This document shows, piece by piece, positions 39,798-49,004 of a stretch of 64,000 nt of DNA. The DNA is from Pseudomonadota bacterium (GTDB taxonomy: Bacteria > Pseudomonadota > Gammaproteobacteria > Steroidobacterales > MnTg04), in NCBI GenBank assembly GCA_022560735.1, contig JADFSO010000007.1:18980-82979 (forward strand), written 5' to 3'. Within the stretch, counting starts at the first letter, position 1. Every line of letters begins with the position of its first letter. A program made the position numbers and the translations under genes. Under the pieces are notes generated by a model, which was not told where the DNA came from, ran no database searches, and worked only from the letters and a program-made list of their open reading frames with translations.

Positions 39798-42700
39798 ATG
39801 AGCGGAACCCAGCGTAAATTGGCTGCCGGCGACGGCAGATCTTCGACCGGCAGTTTTTATGTCGTGGGTGGCCCGGTGCAGTCCGACCGGCCTTGCTATG
39901 TTCTGCGCAAGGCAGACGAAAAGCTGTTCGACAGTCTGCGTGAAAACGACTACTGCTACGTACTGGGTCCGCGCCAGATCGGCAAGTCCAGCCTGATGGC
40001 GGCCACGGCTCGACGTCTCAGCGATGAAGACGAACTGGTTGCCGTCGTCGATCTGACCCAGGTGATCTCCAAACAGGCAGGCACCGACCCATCCCGCTGG
40101 TTCTACGGCATCGCCTACCGGATCGTTCGCGATCTCAGGCTTCGCGTCGACCTGCAATCGTGGTGGCAGGAACGCGGTGCGCTGACCATGCAACATCGCC
40201 TTTTCGATTTTTTCCGGGAAATCGTGCTGGCGAACACGAGCCGCCCGGTCACCGTGTTTTTCGATGAAATAGAAGACACGCTGGGTCTGCCATTTGCGGA
40301 GGAGTTTTTTTCCGGGCTGAGAGCCTGCCATAACTCGCGGGCGGCCGAGCCCGATTTCGAGCGCCTGCGGTTTGTCATTATTGGTGTCGCGACACCGATG
40401 CAGCTGTGCCCGAACCAGGCACATGCGCCGTTTCCGATCAGCCGGCAGATCGATCTCAACGATTTTACGCTGACCGAGGCCGGTGGTCTGCTGCCGGGAC
40501 TCGATCTCGATGCGCAACGGGCGGCCCGGGTGCTTGAACGTATCAGGTACTGGACCGGTGGGCACCCCTACCTGACCCAGAAAATTTGTCGTGCGGTATC
40601 CAGGCGAAAGGTGGGGGAAGAAACCGGCGACACCGTCGATGAGATAGTCAACGAACAGTTCCTGGCGAGAAACCGTGCGCGCGAGGAACCGAATCTCGCA
40701 ATGGTCAGGCGGCGATTATCAACCCGGCGCAAGGATGCAGCGGCGCTGACATTGTATGGAAAACTGTGCAAGGGCAAGGCGATCGCACATGACCCGCGCT
40801 CGCGAGTACATCAGACGCTCTGCCTGGCCGGCCTGGTGCGGGCCAATAAAGAACACCAGCTGGTGGTCAGAAACCGCATCTACAAACAGGTGTTTACGCC
40901 GCGCTGGGTTAACCAGCAATTGCCGTTCGACTGGAAGGGGCTGAGCAAGGCGTTGGTGGTCGGTCTGTTATTGCTGGGCGTGCCTCTTTGGTATACGCAG
41001 ATCCTGCCGCGCCCGTATATCGAAACGCTGAGCGCCGCGACCGAGGATTACCAGCTGGCAATGGCTGCATATAACGATTTGCGCTCGATACCGGGTTATG
41101 GCGAGACCGCGGACCGCCTCTTGTCCGGTGTGCTGATGAGGCGGAGTCTGCGTGCCATGAGCTTGCCGCAGGCGCTGGAAGCGGATCAGGGTTTGCGTAC
41201 CATGCCTGATAACAGTGCATTGGCCGATCAGTTGCTCGCCGGATTCTGGGACCGCCGGGCGCAGCAGGCCGAGCAGGCCGAACAGCGCGACGAGGCCTTG
41301 TTGTTCAGGCTCTACAGCCTGATCGACGATCGGCCCTACCGCAGGCGGCAGATCGCCGAGCTGATCGGCAATGATTACCCGGTTCTGGCTGCGACCATCC
41401 GGCCTCTGGGTCCGTTGCAACAGGCGATCATCAGCGCCGATGGCGAGCGGGTAACGACGCTGGCCGCCGGGGGTTCGTTGCAGGTTTGGGACGGTCGCGA
41501 CGGCACGGCGATGAACCCGGCAGCAACGGTCCTTGCGGCCGAGGAATACGTGGCTCTGGATCGCGAGATACTGGTGGCCCTCGAGGGCCGCATTCGTGGC
41601 GTGAGCCTGGAACTGCTGATCGACCACCCGGACCCGTCCGCGCTCATGATTCGAGTCATTTCACCGCAGGGTACATCGGTGAGCCTGAATTCATCCGCGG
41701 CGAAGAAGACCAGCGACACCCTGGTTTTCGATGCCGGCAGTCACGGCGCGCTGGCGGGTTTCGATCGTGAAGAGATGCGCGGTGGCTGGCAGCTGCATAT
41801 CGAGGATCACCAGAAGCAGGCGCAGGGCAGGCTCATCGGCTGGCGGCTGCGTTTTGCAGGCTTCGACCAGCAAGCGCAACAGGAAATGCTGCCCGCCCCG
41901 ATCAATTTGCCGCAGCCGCGCCGCACGGAAAGAACCCGCATCGTGCTGAGCGCGAGCGGGCGCTATGCCGCGGCCTACAGTGATAGCGAAACTCTGGGTG
42001 GCCTGGTCAACATCTGGGATCTTCATGCCGGCGTGCAGCTATCCCGGCCCGTGCGCGGCGCCGGTCTGGCTCCGTTTGCGTTTGCCGATGACGACCGGCT
42101 TCTGCTGGCGCTGGATGCGGCCGGCGAGAATCTGCTCGCCTGGGATATTCGAGACGGTTCCGTACAGATGACGATCGAAGCGCTGCAACATTTTGCAGAG
42201 GTGCCGGTACTGGGTCCAGCCAACACTCTGATGATGGTCGAGGACCGCGATGAGCAGGGACTGCCCCTGCTGCGGGTTTTTGCGCTGGACCAGCGCAGTG
42301 AACTGACCCGAATCCCGTTTGCGCAAAAACCACGTGCGCTGGCGATAGATCCACAGCAAGGCCGCTGGCTTGCCTCATCCACCGGCGATCGTGCCGTGGA
42401 AATCTGGGATCTCGCGGCCGAGGAACTGGTGGATGAATACCTGCTGGATTTTCCGGTCGATCGCCTGGTGGTTGACCGGCGCGGTCGCTGGCTGGCCGCC
42501 ATCGGGACGGATGGCTCGGTCGATATTCGCGCCGTCGATGGCCGCGGCGGCCGGTCGTTGAGAACCGTGATCAGCGAGTCCGCAGGATTGGTTTTCCACC
42601 CGGCGGAGGACGCGGTCCTGGTCTTGCGCCAGGGCGCCTGGCAGCTGCTCGGCTTGCCCGCGGGAGAAGCCTTGTCGCCACCCTTGCGCCACGTTGGCGG

Positions 42701-43847
42701 CGGCGCCAGCCTCCTGGCCGCGGTGACCGCGGACGGGAAGGTGATGACCGGCAGCGAGGGGCATGCCCTGCGCTTGTGGGATATTCCCGAGTCCGGTTCG
42801 CGATCGGGCAGGGGTTCACGTTATGGCCGCGGCGATGATTTGACCGCGGTCAAGACGAGCCAGGATGGGCAATGGGTGGCTGCCGGTCTAGCCGATGGCG
42901 ACATTCGAATCTGGCAGCGGATCGATGATGAGGTGCGTTCGCAACACCTGCCCGCCGATAGCGCGTTTTCCGCTGCGATAAGCGCGCTGGCTTTTGACCC
43001 GGGCTCAAACCTGGTGGCCGTGGCGGACCGGGCCGGTGCGATTCGCCTGGTAGACCAAGCCAGCGGCGACAGTCTTCTGCTGGGAAGCCAGGCCGGGGTC
43101 GTCGGTCATTTGTTGTTCAGTCCGGATGGCTCGCGACTGGCGGCGGCTGGCGAGTTGGGGGCCCGCCTGTGGTTTGTTGACAGGATCGGCGAATCGGTCC
43201 CGCTGGGCAGCGAGGATCCCGTTTCTCACCTGGTTTTCAGCCCGGACGGCAGTCTGCTGGCGATCAGCCCGGAACTCGGCGAGCTGTCGGTCTGGCATGC
43301 CGCCTCGGGCGACTCGGCCGGGAGCGTCCGGCCGCAGGGCCAGGTCAGCGTGGCGGCATTCAGCCCGGACCAGGGGGTGTTGGCCACCGGCAGCAGGGAT
43401 GGCACCTTACAGTTCTGGGGTCTCGATGATGGCGCGGCGGTCTGGCCGGCCGTACAACTGGGGGGCCCGGTCAGGGAGATGGCGTTTGCCGGCGCAGGCA
43501 GGTCGCTGGTTGCGATCAGCGACGGTTGGGCGCATCTGCTTACCCTGTCTTTTAGCGGGCCGCGGGTTGTGCAAAGCCGGTTTTTGCCCGAACGCATTCC
43601 GCATGGCGGCTTTTTCCTGTCGGGTGATGATCCGCTCAGTCTGCAGTATCTGGATTGGGTCGATGGCGGTGAACACCGGATTCGGACGCTGGAGATGGAC
43701 AGTGCGGAACTGGGAGGCTGGGCCGGCGATAGCGGTGATTTGACCGCGCGCTGGCAGGATCTGCTCAATCTTGCTCTTGACCCGGATGGCCAGATCAGGG
43801 CGGGCGACTCGGTTTTCGATCTTGCCCGCAGCCTGGACGAACGATAA
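39798..43847 (+). CDS. STAND/AAA_35-like NTPase with TM helix, proprotein convertase P-like domain and WD40 repeats
   Basis: Walker A GPRQIGKSS, Walker B VFFDEIE, WTGGHPYLTQ, RNRIYKQVF; TM ALVVGLLLLGVPLWY; P-domain GGWQLHIED..GRLIGWRLRF; many FSPDG/WD repeats. Confidence 0.82.
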   Translation: MSGTQRKLAAGDGRSSTGSFYVVGGPVQSDRPCYVLRKADEKLFDSLRENDYCYVLGPRQIGKSSLMAATARRLSDEDELVAVVDLTQVISKQAGTDPSRWFYGIAYRIVRDLRLRVDLQSWWQERGALTMQHRLFDFFREIVLANTSRPVTVFFDEIEDTLGLPFAEEFFSGLRACHNSRAAEPDFERLRFVIIGVATPMQLCPNQAHAPFPISRQIDLNDFTLTEAGGLLPGLDLDAQRAARVLERIRYWTGGHPYLTQKICRAVSRRKVGEETGDTVDEIVNEQFLARNRAREEPNLAMVRRRLSTRRKDAAALTLYGKLCKGKAIAHDPRSRVHQTLCLAGLVRANKEHQLVVRNRIYKQVFTPRWVNQQLPFDWKGLSKALVVGLLLLGVPLWYTQILPRPYIETLSAATEDYQLAMAAYNDLRSIPGYGETADRLLSGVLMRRSLRAMSLPQALEADQGLRTMPDNSALADQLLAGFWDRRAQQAEQAEQRDEALLFRLYSLIDDRPYRRRQIAELIGNDYPVLAATIRPLGPLQQAIISADGERVTTLAAGGSLQVWDGRDGTAMNPAATVLAAEEYVALDREILVALEGRIRGVSLELLIDHPDPSALMIRVISPQGTSVSLNSSAAKKTSDTLVFDAGSHGALAGFDREEMRGGWQLHIEDHQKQAQGRLIGWRLRFAGFDQQAQQEMLPAPINLPQPRRTERTRIVLSASGRYAAAYSDSETLGGLVNIWDLHAGVQLSRPVRGAGLAPFAFADDDRLLLALDAAGENLLAWDIRDGSVQMTIEALQHFAEVPVLGPANTLMMVEDRDEQGLPLLRVFALDQRSELTRIPFAQKPRALAIDPQQGRWLASSTGDRAVEIWDLAAEELVDEYLLDFPVDRLVVDRRGRWLAAIGTDGSVDIRAVDGRGGRSLRTVISESAGLVFHPAEDAVLVLRQGAWQLLGLPAGEALSPPLRHVGGGASLLAAVTADGKVMTGSEGHALRLWDIPESGSRSGRGSRYGRGDDLTAVKTSQDGQWVAAGLADGDIRIWQRIDDEVRSQHLPADSAFSAAISALAFDPGSNLVAVADRAGAIRLVDQASGDSLLLGSQAGVVGHLLFSPDGSRLAAAGELGARLWFVDRIGESVPLGSEDPVSHLVFSPDGSLLAISPELGELSVWHAASGDSAGSVRPQGQVSVAAFSPDQGVLATGSRDGTLQFWGLDDGAAVWPAVQLGGPVREMAFAGAGRSLVAISDGWAHLLTLSFSGPRVVQSRFLPERIPHGGFFLSGDDPLSLQYLDWVDGGEHRIRTLEMDSAELGGWAGDSGDLTARWQDLLNLALDPDGQIRAGDSVFDLARSLDER

Positions 43848-43867
43848 CAGGCGTGGTCCTGGCCCGG

Positions 43868-44263
43868 CTATTGTTTTCGCATCAGCTTATCGACGGTATT
43901 CAGCAGTTTGCGGTCCACCCAGGGAATTTCGACAAAATCGGCAGCGCCCTGGCGTATCGCTCGAACCGCTATTGATACGTTGCTTTTCCGGCTGAGCAGG
44001 ATCGTGGGGAAGGAGTAGCCGCGCTGCTCCAGCTCGCTCATGAATTCCAGCCCGGTCTGGCCGGGAAGATCCTGGCCGACGATCAGGCAGCCTGGAGACA
44101 GGGCCTCGAGTTTGTCCAGAAACTTGCTGCCACTGGCAAAGGATTTGGTTTGATGTTTGCTGCGCTTGAGCAGCACACCCAGTTTCTTTCGAATATTCGG
44201 ATCGGCATTGATAATGCAGACCAGCCGATTGGCGGGTGTCGTGGTTCTTGATTTGCTTATCAT
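43868..44263 (-). CDS. single-domain FixJ-like receiver with degenerate phosphorylation site
   Basis: REC pattern (PGCLIVGQDLPGQTGLEF, AVRAIRQGAADFVEIPW) lacking the canonical Asp and Lys. Confidence 0.75.
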   Translation of the reverse strand: MISKSRTTTPANRLVCIINADPNIRKKLGVLLKRSKHQTKSFASGSKFLDKLEALSPGCLIVGQDLPGQTGLEFMSELEQRGYSFPTILLSRKSNVSIAVRAIRQGAADFVEIPWVDRKLLNTVDKLMRKQ

Positions 44264-44409
44264 CGGCGTATGCGCATCAAATTCGGCAATCTATCGACCG
44301 TTACAGGTCGATGAGTATTGGCATCCCAACAAGGAGAAAAGAATACGGAAATCTACTTACTGCAGGGGTCGAATCCCCTGACCTCGATAAGCGGGCGGTT
44401 AATACTTGT

Positions 44410-45027
44410 TTATGGATCGCTGTTTGCGGTAATCGACATTCTCACCAGCTGCGCAAGCGAGCGGGCCCGCATCTTCTCCATGACCCTGGCCCGGTGGATC
44501 TCCACGGTGCGTTGGCTGACGTCGAGATCCGCTGCAATTATCTTGTTGGGGTTCCCTTGCACGACCAATTCCATGACTTCTTTTTCACGATTGGTGAGTT
44601 GGTCCATGTGATCGAGTATCTCCCGCTTTTCGCTCAGAATATTGCGGCTGTCGTGATCCTGATCAAGCGCGTGATTGATCCTGTCGATCAGATCCTGGTC
44701 GCGGAACGGTTTTTGGATAAAATCCAGCGCGCCTTTTTTCAGCGCTTCGACCGCCATCGGTACGTCGCCGTGGCCGGTGATAAAAATGATCGGCAAAATC
44801 GCGTTTATTTCATTCAGTCGATCCTGAAGTTCCAGACCGCTCATGCCGGGCATTCGTATATCAAGCACCAGGCAACCGGCGATATTATCATCGTAGAACT
44901 CCAGGAATTCGGTTGCCGAAGCAAAGCTGCGCGACTCGATTCCGATCGATTTCATCAGGAAACTCAGTGAATCGCGGACCGCGTCATCGTCATCAACGAT
45001 AAAAACTATTCTGTTGTTGTCACCCAT
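44410..45027 (-). CDS. fixJ: FixJ-type response regulator
   Basis: IVDDD, LDIRMPGMSG, ITGHGDVPMAV, KPF, LuxR HTH NKIIAADLDVSQRTVEIHRARVMEKM. Confidence 0.88.
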   Translation of the reverse strand: MGDNNRIVFIVDDDDAVRDSLSFLMKSIGIESRSFASATEFLEFYDDNIAGCLVLDIRMPGMSGLELQDRLNEINAILPIIFITGHGDVPMAVEALKKGALDFIQKPFRDQDLIDRINHALDQDHDSRNILSEKREILDHMDQLTNREKEVMELVVQGNPNKIIAADLDVSQRTVEIHRARVMEKMRARSLAQLVRMSITANSDP

Positions 45028-46565
45028 CAGCATTCCGGTTCCTCTATGGCGGTTGGCAGATCGAAGAAAAACAGCGCCCCTGCGTCGTCGTTATTGCGGA
45101 AACTCAAGGTTCCGCCATGCGCCCCTATTATAGTGTGACTGATCGACAGACCGAGACCGATGCCATCTTTTTTAGAGGTCACAAACTGGGTGAACAGATT
45201 ATCCGCCATGTCCTCCGGCACGCCAGTCGCGGAATCGCTGACTTCAACTCGCACCGTTTCCGGATTCGGGCTAAGGCAACGAATGATAATCGTGTGTTGC
45301 CGGTCTTCGCATTCCCCGCAGGCATCGACCGCATTGCGCACGAGATTCAGGACGACCTGCTGGATTTGCACGGGGTCGGCCATGACCAACGGCAGTTCCG
45401 CCGGCAGTTCGTAGACCAGGTTGATGTTGTGTCGTCTGGCGTCCATCTCGACCAGGACATGCAGGTCGTGTATCAGCTCCTTCAGATCCACCTCATGGCG
45501 TTCACTGTCCTTGTGGCGAACGAAATTACGCATGCGGTTGATGACTTTTGCGGCGCGCTGGGCCTGTACGCTGATTTGTTTGAGCGCGTTTCTGAGGTCG
45601 CTTTTCTTGCTGTTACTGGCTTCCAGCATGCGCTCGCAACCCTGCGCAAAAGTACTGATTGCGGTCAGCGGCTGGTTGATTTCGTGTGCCAGGCCGGCGG
45701 CCATTTCACCCAGTAACGTAACGCGGCTAACCTGAGCCAGCCGTTGGCGAGTCTCTTCCGCTTCGATATCCGCGTTGCGCTGGTCCGTAATATCGGTGCC
45801 AGAGCTTAGCGTGCCAATGATTTCCCCATTCTTGTCCCGCAATGCCCGGTTTTGCCACGCGATCAAGCGCGTCCCGCCAGTGTGCGTCAAGACCAGCCCT
45901 TCCACCGTCTCGTAGCCTTCGAAACCGTGCTCGATAACATGCTTGAATACTTTCCTGACCTCGCTGCGCTGGTTCTCCGGGATAAATCCATCGATCCAGG
46001 GTTTGCCAAGCAGGTCTTCTTCCTGCCGATCCAGGATTTCGCAACCACGCCGATTGATCAAGTCGATAAAACCGCCTTTATCGAGTACCAGCAGCATCAC
46101 GCCAGCCACTTCGAGATAGCTTCGTGAGCGATCCCTTTCCTGTATCAATGCAGCCTCGGCCTTTTTTTGTGCGCTGATATCGCGAATGATGCCGACGAAC
46201 CGCGGCTCGTCTCCGATGACGCGTCCGACCGAAAGATCGATCGGGAACAGGCTGCCGTCCTTTCGCTGGGCCACCGATTCGCGCCCGATGCCGATAATCC
46301 GAGCCTCACCGGTGTCCAGGTAATGCTGAATATACCGATCGTGCGCGTCGCGGTCCGGCGCGGGCATCAGGAGGTTGATGCTCTTGCCGTTCAGGTCCCC
46401 TTCCCCGTAGCCGAACAATTTTTCCGTGGCCGGGTTGCAGAATTCGATGATGCCCTTGCCATCGATAATAACAATCGCATTTACCGCTGCCGCGAGCAGG
46501 GCAGCGAGGTGTTTCTCGGCATCTGCCGGGCTCATCCCGGCCAGTACATTGCGCGTGTCGTTCAC
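45027..46565 (-). CDS. fixL: FixL-type heme-PAS/PAS sensor histidine kinase
   Basis: LLMP.PDRDAHDRYIQHYLDTGEARIIGIGRE (heme PAS), GEMAAGLAHEINQPLTAI, QQVVLNLVRNA, GIGLGLSIS. Confidence 0.88.
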   Translation of the reverse strand: MNDTRNVLAGMSPADAEKHLAALLAAAVNAIVIIDGKGIIEFCNPATEKLFGYGEGDLNGKSINLLMPAPDRDAHDRYIQHYLDTGEARIIGIGRESVAQRKDGSLFPIDLSVGRVIGDEPRFVGIIRDISAQKKAEAALIQERDRSRSYLEVAGVMLLVLDKGGFIDLINRRGCEILDRQEEDLLGKPWIDGFIPENQRSEVRKVFKHVIEHGFEGYETVEGLVLTHTGGTRLIAWQNRALRDKNGEIIGTLSSGTDITDQRNADIEAEETRQRLAQVSRVTLLGEMAAGLAHEINQPLTAISTFAQGCERMLEASNSKKSDLRNALKQISVQAQRAAKVINRMRNFVRHKDSERHEVDLKELIHDLHVLVEMDARRHNINLVYELPAELPLVMADPVQIQQVVLNLVRNAVDACGECEDRQHTIIIRCLSPNPETVRVEVSDSATGVPEDMADNLFTQFVTSKKDGIGLGLSISHTIIGAHGGTLSFRNNDDAGALFFFDLPTAIEEPEC

Positions 46566-46879
46566 AGTATGCGACTTGTGTTTGCAAGCTGAGCTGGAAA
46601 TTTAACCTATCTGCCCGTTGCTGTCGCCTGGTTGCGGGCCAGCACGACTACTCTGCCTGCAGCGGGATTTGCCAGTGCTAGCCGTCCCCAAGGGGTCCCG
46701 GTCCAAAAGTATTGGCCGATGGATGTCCTATACTGATCAGTAGGTTCCAGGAACGGCAAAAAGCATTCCTGCCATACCGGCTCCTAAGCCCTGCTTATTC
46801 ATGAATAATCCGGGCTAGGTAACTTTGCGTATGGAAACACAGCACGGCGCGATACATCATAAGGGCTGGTGGCGGGAGC

Positions 46880-47221
46880 ATGCAGATGGCCAATACAGAC
46901 ACTGTCAGGGATTCGCTGATCGAAAAACGGGCGGAGCTGGTTGTCCGTTTGCACAAGATTACCAGCGATGTTCGTCACGCGGACCAGCCGATGGAAGCGG
47001 ATTTTGCTGAACTGGCCGTGCAGCGGGAAAACGACCAGGTCATCGATGCGCTGGGCGAGGCAACCCGCCAGGAGCTGACTCAGGTCAACCGGGCGTTGGC
47101 GAGCATTGACAGCGGAGAGTACGGGTGTTGCAGCGAATGTGGCAAGGAGATCCGTGTCGAAAGGCTGGAGGCGCTGCCATACAGCACCAAGTGCCTGGAA
47201 TGCGCAAGCCGCAGCGAATAA
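46880..47221 (+). CDS. TraR/DksA C4-type zinc finger protein
   Basis: DFAELA tip, YGCCSECGKEI..ERLEALPY..KCLECA. Confidence 0.88.
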   Translation: MQMANTDTVRDSLIEKRAELVVRLHKITSDVRHADQPMEADFAELAVQRENDQVIDALGEATRQELTQVNRALASIDSGEYGCCSECGKEIRVERLEALPYSTKCLECASRSE

Positions 47222-47299
47222 TGTTCCAAAAAAACGACATTTGTTAAAAATTGGCCCGGCAGAGTAGAATCCGGCCATTCACTGTCTCGGGCCGTACGA

Positions 47300-48007
47300 A
47301 TGAACAGACTGCCGCTGGTTTTATTGCCTGCCCTCCTTTTCCTGGGCTGCGCCGAACCTGAAAAGCCAACCGTATCGACAGCGACGCTGATCGAAGACCC
47401 GACCTTGCTGGACGCGGTGCTGGCGCGCTGCACGACGGGGGACGAGAAGCTTCGCGCCAGCCAGGAATGCAAGAATGCGCGTCGCGCTGTCGATGTTGTT
47501 ACCGTAGCGGAGGCGGAGGAAAAAGAAAAAGTCGATCTCGAAGCCCAGTCCGAACGCAAGCGTGCCGCCTTACGCCGACAGCGGGAACGCCTGGATCAGC
47601 AAAGAGAGATTAACGAGGAGCGTGCCGAGAGCGAAGCGGCAGCGAAAGAAGCCGAAGAGCTGACTGGCTCTGCCGAATACGCCGATGCACTGGTTGCAAA
47701 AGAGGTGGTGGTCTTGCCGCCGACCACGCCGATCGGTGCGGTGATCGAGCCGGAAGTCACCGAAGACTCTCCGCTGCGAGGGCTGGATGAGACCGAGATT
47801 TGCACGATCGACCCGGTGGCCTTGTCCGCTGCCGATCTTGAGATGCTGCTGATCGCGTTGCAGGAGGAATGGCAGTTTCGCCAGTCGCGTGTGCAGCCCG
47901 CCGGAGCCGCCGATGGGGAGCAATTGCCGCTGCAGGAACCGGGGTTTGAGGCTGAGCAACGGGAAGACGAACCGGCAGAAGCCTTTTCCGGTGGTGACGG
48001 CGGGTAG
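47300..48007 (+). CDS. hypothetical lipoprotein (EexN-like two-Cys N-domain, coiled coil, acidic tail)
   Basis: Lipobox FLGC; LLDAVLARC...ECKNARRA; charged coiled coil. Confidence 0.55.
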   Translation: MNRLPLVLLPALLFLGCAEPEKPTVSTATLIEDPTLLDAVLARCTTGDEKLRASQECKNARRAVDVVTVAEAEEKEKVDLEAQSERKRAALRRQRERLDQQREINEERAESEAAAKEAEELTGSAEYADALVAKEVVVLPPTTPIGAVIEPEVTEDSPLRGLDETEICTIDPVALSAADLEMLLIALQEEWQFRQSRVQPAGAADGEQLPLQEPGFEAEQREDEPAEAFSGGDGG

Positions 48008-48244
48008 GGGCCTGTCCCACTCAGGGTTGCTCTGCGGCGGCGGCGATCACGCCGCGGCCGGTCCAGGCAGGACTGCCAGAATACCGGCGGGATATCGTGC
48101 GCGGCATGATCGGCGTCTTTGTGCCGATTTGACTCCGCGATGAGTTACCCATATCGGTCTCCGTAGTTCCCCTTATTAACATGCTCGTGCGTCTGGGCTA
48201 GTTTTCCTGTCAGAAAACAACAAAATCGGCACACGGAGAGAGAT

Positions 48245-48991
48245 ATGACGAAGAACAACGCGGCGTTGCGCGCGGTCAGTGCGCCAGGTTTGGCGGAATC
48301 TCAACAGCCATCAGGCATGGGCGGTTGCAGGTCCTGCGCCATTCGCGCCATGTGCCTGCGGCCTCGGGATGCCAGCGTCGTGTGTCTGCCGGGACTAAGA
48401 GCTGCGCGCGCGGACTGTCACCTGGTCCGTGCCGGCGACCCCTGTGAACAATACTGTTTGCCGCGCAGCGGCGCCTTGAAAGCGTATCGAAATACGCCCG
48501 ATGGCCGCGAGCAAGTGATGGGTTTTTACCTGCCGGGGGAACTGGCCGGTCTGGACGGGCTGGCCGATGGCCGGAGCCAGTGGAACCTGGTCACGCTGGA
48601 GGCTAGCTCGCTATGTACGGTAACGCACAAGAACCTTATCGAGGCCGCCGGCCAGGTGCCCGAACTGTTAAACAGCCTGATGCGCCGGCTCAGCAGCGAC
48701 ATGTTGAAAGCTGCAGACCTGGCGACCGGAAGCAGCGCCGAGGCTCGCCTGGCCGGATTCCTGATCGACATTGCTCAACGGATTGGCGATGCGTGCCTTG
48801 ATGGCGCCGTTTTTTGTCTGCCGATGTCGCGCCAGGACATTGCCAGCTACCTGGCGCTGGCGCCGGAGACGATTTCCCGCCTGTTTGCGCGCCTGCGCGA
48901 CGATGGTTTGATCGATGTCGACCGAAAACGGCTGCGGATACTGGACTATCCGGGCTTGTCGCAGATCGCTCAAACTGACCTGGCCGCCTGA
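48245..48991 (+). CDS. Crp/Fnr family regulator (Fnr/FixK-like)
   Basis: N-terminal CRSCAIRAMC, DGREQVMGFYLPGELAGLDG, LPMSRQDIASYLALAPETISR. Confidence 0.88.
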   Translation: MTKNNAALRAVSAPGLAESQQPSGMGGCRSCAIRAMCLRPRDASVVCLPGLRAARADCHLVRAGDPCEQYCLPRSGALKAYRNTPDGREQVMGFYLPGELAGLDGLADGRSQWNLVTLEASSLCTVTHKNLIEAAGQVPELLNSLMRRLSSDMLKAADLATGSSAEARLAGFLIDIAQRIGDACLDGAVFCLPMSRQDIASYLALAPETISRLFARLRDDGLIDVDRKRLRILDYPGLSQIAQTDLAA

Positions 48992-49004
48992 GACCGCGGC
49001 CGGA

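Noticed and set aside
46720-46810. Short perfect palindromes (TACTGATCAGTA, TTATTCATGAATAA) in the fixL-dksA intergenic region as an ncRNA
   Set aside because: No recognisable RNA family; they may be operators but cannot be assigned.
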